NCBI GenBank assembly: GCA_945936265.1
Contig: CAMETB010000001.1
Span: 1 to 33,335, forward strand
Direction: 5' to 3'
Length of the DNA stretch: 33,335 nt
Source of the DNA: an uncultured Clostridia bacterium
GTDB lineage: Bacteria; Bacillota; Clostridia; Oscillospirales; CAG-272
The notes under the pieces were generated by a model. The model worked only from the letters and a program-made list of their open reading frames with translations. It did no database searches and was not told the DNA's origin. How positions within the stretch are numbered: the stretch's first letter is position 1; each line of letters opens with the position of its first letter. A program made the position numbers and the translations under genes. Shown piece by piece: positions 32,820 through 33,335 of the stretch.

Positions 32820-33335
32820 ATGAAAACAGTATGCTTCGGCGAAATTATGTTAAGGCTTAACCCGCAGGGTTATACGAGATTTGTTCAGGCGGACACCTTC
32901 GGCGCTACCTACGGCGGGGGTGAGGCAAACGTTGCGGTTTCTCTTGCAAACTACGGCGTTGACTCCGCTTACGTTACAAAGCTCCCCACGCACGAGATAG
33001 GTCAGGCGGCGGTAAACTCTCTGAGAAAATACGGCGTTGACACGAAAGATATCGTAAGAGGCGGCGACAGGGTCGGTATTTACTATCTTGAAACAGGCGC
33101 TTCTCAGCGTCCGTCAAAGGTTATATACGACCGTGCTTACTCCGCGATAGCACTTGCAAAAAGAGATGAGTTCGATTGGGAAAAGATACTCGACGGTGCC
33201 GATTGGTTCCACTTTACGGGCATCACCCCGGCGCTGGGTGAAAATCTGGTGCAGCTGTGCCGTGCGGCCTGTCAGGCGGCCAAAGAGCGCGGCGTAAAGA
33301 TCAGCTGCGATCTGAACTATCGCAGCAAGCTGTGG
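32820..33335 (+). CDS. kdgK: 2-dehydro-3-deoxygluconokinase (PfkB sugar kinase), 3'-partial
   Basis: This is absent from the ORF track because it runs off the window. ATG 32820 follows GAAGGT. The translation is MKTVCFGEIMLRLNPQGYTRFVQADTFGATYGGGEANVAVSLANYG...WFHFTGITPAL...ISCDLNYRSKLW, typical of KdgK. Confidence 0.8.
   Translation, partial: MKTVCFGEIMLRLNPQGYTRFVQADTFGATYGGGEANVAVSLANYGVDSAYVTKLPTHEIGQAAVNSLRKYGVDTKDIVRGGDRVGIYYLETGASQRPSKVIYDRAYSAIALAKRDEFDWEKILDGADWFHFTGITPALGENLVQLCRAACQAAKERGVKISCDLNYRSKLW

Overview
This looks like a chromosomal window from a low/mid-GC Gram-positive anaerobe, probably Clostridia-like. Supporting signs are GGAGG-type ribosome-binding sites, many near-consensus TTGACA-17-TATAAT promoters, a glmS ribozyme, an FMN riboswitch with an ECF RibU component, and a BspA-type LRR surface protein.

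Gene order, left to right:
- A 5'-truncated giant LRR surface protein (+).
- A minus-strand block: SDR oxidoreductase, cysteine desulfurase, lipoprotein, three tandem M42 aminopeptidase paralogs, murD and a frameshifted ddl.
- A tetR plus cation/proton antiporter pair (-).
- A roughly 12 kb single-operon cell-wall glycopolymer cluster (-): rfbA, rfbB, DegT aminotransferase, GT2, ATP-grasp-HAD fusion, GT2-TagF-like fusion, IspD/TarI-like cytidylyltransferase, extended SDR, DUF4422 transferase and glf.
- A long eukaryote-like guaA (-).
- glmS ribozyme and glmS (+), then FMN riboswitch and ribU (+).
- A Cys-rich hypothetical (-), ogg (+) and a 3'-truncated kdgK (+).

The most interesting signal is that the glycopolymer operon is bracketed by the intact 3' end of guaA and a decayed, out-of-frame copy of that same 3' end. 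The two share a 26-nt exact core. This is the footprint expected of site-specific insertion at guaA, yet no integrase or other mobility gene is present. Inside the island, the ATP-grasp-HAD and GT2-TagF-like fusions point to a teichoic-acid-like polymer whose chemistry cannot be read from known pathways.

No rRNA, tRNA, CRISPR array, transposase or integrase was seen. All calls come from reading motifs by eye. No database search or alignment program was run, and RNA and promoter boundaries are approximate.
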